Shown one piece after another: positions 62,746 through 64,000 of a DNA stretch of 64,000 nucleotides (positions within the stretch are counted from its first letter, which is position 1; the number at the start of each line of letters is the position of its first letter). This stretch comes from an uncultured delta proteobacterium (GTDB taxonomy: Bacteria > Myxococcota > Myxococcia > Myxococcales > Myxococcaceae). A program made the translations under genes and the position numbers. Below the pieces are notes generated by a model that was not told the origin of the DNA, searched no databases, and saw nothing but the letters and a program-made list of their open reading frames with translations. The stretch covers positions 416,001-480,000 of the forward strand of contig CAWCKH010000003.1 in assembly GCA_963796055.1 (NCBI GenBank), in the 5' to 3' direction.

Positions 62746-64000
62746 CTACAGCGAGGCGAGGAACGCCAGCAGGTCCGACTTCTCCTGCTCGGTCAGGCCG
62801 ATCTGGAAGCGGGCATCGTAGAAGGCGATGACGTCCTCGAGCCGCTCCGCCGACCCGTTGTGGAAATAGGGTGCGCGGGCCGCCAGACCCCGGAGCGTCG
62901 GCCCCTTGAAACGCCCGATGTCCTTCCACCGACCGCTGACCAGCGCCCGGCCGGGATCCGTCGTGCGCTGGACGTCACCGGTGGTCCGGTTGCGGAGCGT
63001 GTACACCGGCAGCCTCGTGACGTTCAGCGCTCCCACCGGCTCAGGCGCGTCCACGCCGATCCGGAGCGGCGCCGGCACCGAGTGGTTCCCGGCATTGGGC
63101 GTGTCATGACACGTGGTGCACGTCCCCGGGATGGATTGCACGCCCAGATCGTCGTTGAGCCCGGAGACTCCGACGATGGCGAGCGATCGATGGTTGAAGA
63201 GGTCTTGTCCGCGGGCAATCGCCGCCCGGGCCGCCGCCTGTCCGTGGACCTCACCGGGCGGCTTCGAGGAAGCCCAGGCGTCATAGAGGGTGAAGACGGT
63301 CGGATCGAACGGGCGGCCGGTGGGGTCTGCGCCCAGAGGGTCGTTGATTCCCCAGTAGAACTCCTGGGTGACCAGCGCCTCGGGTCCACCCTGCGCGCCG
63401 GGGGTGCCCAGCGCGCCTGCATGGAAGTCGTAGACCTGCGCAGTGTGGAGCTGCATCTCGAACGAGATGATTGCCTCCTGCTCCGCCCCGGCCAGCTCGC
63501 TGGCGGCCTGCGCATGGCCCGTGGTCGCCGAGTTCGCCTGGTGCGCGAGATCGAAGTGCAGGGCGGCGAATCCGTTCGGTGAAGCTGCATCCCGAAATGT
63601 CTCCCGGCCGTCCCACATCACCGTGCTCAGGAAACGCAGGTTGGTCGAGGCGAGAGGCCGCCGGAACAGCGAGAGCTCGCTGGCGCTGGCGAAGCCGTAC
63701 GGGTCGTCGACCCCGACCAGCTCGAACTCGGCGTTCGCCGGCACGCCGAGGCCGACCCGGATGAGCCCTCGGTCGAGCAGCAATTCGTAGGCGTGGGCGC
63801 GCGCCTCGGGAGTCGACACGTCCGCCCGCGGGGAGACAGCGCCATCGACGGTCCGGAAGATCGGGTCCATCCCATTGGTGCTCCTGAACCGCTCACGCAC
63901 GAACTCCGGGGTGATGCTCATCCCGGCCTCCGGGACGTGACAGCTGCTGCACGACCGTCCGTTCTGACCGAGCGACCGGAAGAACGGATTCTCCGGGTCG
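62746..64000 (-). CDS. Di-heme cytochrome c (bCcP/MauG superfamily-like), 5' end outside the window
   Basis: Two CxxCH motifs (NGRSCSSCH near 63950 and GTCTTCH near 63120), plus MWDGR, TDPGRAL and FKGPTLRGLAARAPYFHNGS...EKSDLLAFLASL. Confidence 0.88.
   Translation of the reverse strand, partial: DPENPFFRSLGQNGRSCSSCHVPEAGMSITPEFVRERFRSTNGMDPIFRTVDGAVSPRADVSTPEARAHAYELLLDRGLIRVGLGVPANAEFELVGVDDPYGFASASELSLFRRPLASTNLRFLSTVMWDGRETFRDAASPNGFAALHFDLAHQANSATTGHAQAASELAGAEQEAIISFEMQLHTAQVYDFHAGALGTPGAQGGPEALVTQEFYWGINDPLGADPTGRPFDPTVFTLYDAWASSKPPGEVHGQAAARAAIARGQDLFNHRSLAIVGVSGLNDDLGVQSIPGTCTTCHDTPNAGNHSVPAPLRIGVDAPEPVGALNVTRLPVYTLRNRTTGDVQRTTDPGRALVSGRWKDIGRFKGPTLRGLAARAPYFHNGSAERLEDVIAFYDARFQIGLTEQEKSDLLAFLASL

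Noticed and set aside
8286..63790. Many long antisense or alternative-frame ORFs (e.g. 12806..15355, 30581..32992, 38300..41023, and the Arg/Gly-rich parts of 33565..37089)
   Set aside because: They are shadow ORFs typical of high-GC DNA. They are Arg/Pro/Gly/Ala-rich, lack motifs and overlap well-supported genes.

Overview
GC-rich window from a myxobacterium (Myxococcales-like, judged from the rRNA and gene content). It holds mostly core genes. From left to right: the start of a sugar ABC transporter operon; a complete minus-strand rrn operon (16S, tRNA-Ile, tRNA-Ala, 23S, 5S) with three tandem TTGACA promoters; yicC-gmk; a large LPS/outer-membrane cluster (GT9, hldA/hldC, lpxK, two GT4, waaA, PHP hydrolase, msbA-like, lpxB, lpxI-lpxA-fabZ-lpxD-skp, bamA, lolD, lolC/E); pntAA-pntAB-pntB inserted between bamA and skp; lysS, prfB (programmed frameshift), lnt, ybeY, 7TM-HD and phoH; a TPR/DUF4388 pair; mazG, rpsT, lptE, leuS and asnS; then an accessory tail. 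The most striking unannotated element is at 61308-62733. A promoter feeds an apparently leaderless 25-codon peptide with seven consecutive Thr codons, followed by alternative RNA hairpins, directly upstream of a short threonyl-tRNA synthetase lacking the editing domain. This looks like a Thr-tRNA-sensing attenuator controlling a backup or resistance ThrRS. Other notable items are a DUF4388-TM-pseudopilin-like protein paired with a TPR/Cys-rich membrane protein, a DnaA-box-like cluster upstream of rpsT, a MazG-VOC fusion, and two single-base frameshifts (lolC/E and 7TM-HD) that may be sequencing errors. All calls come from reading the sequence by eye; no database searches or folding calculations were run.
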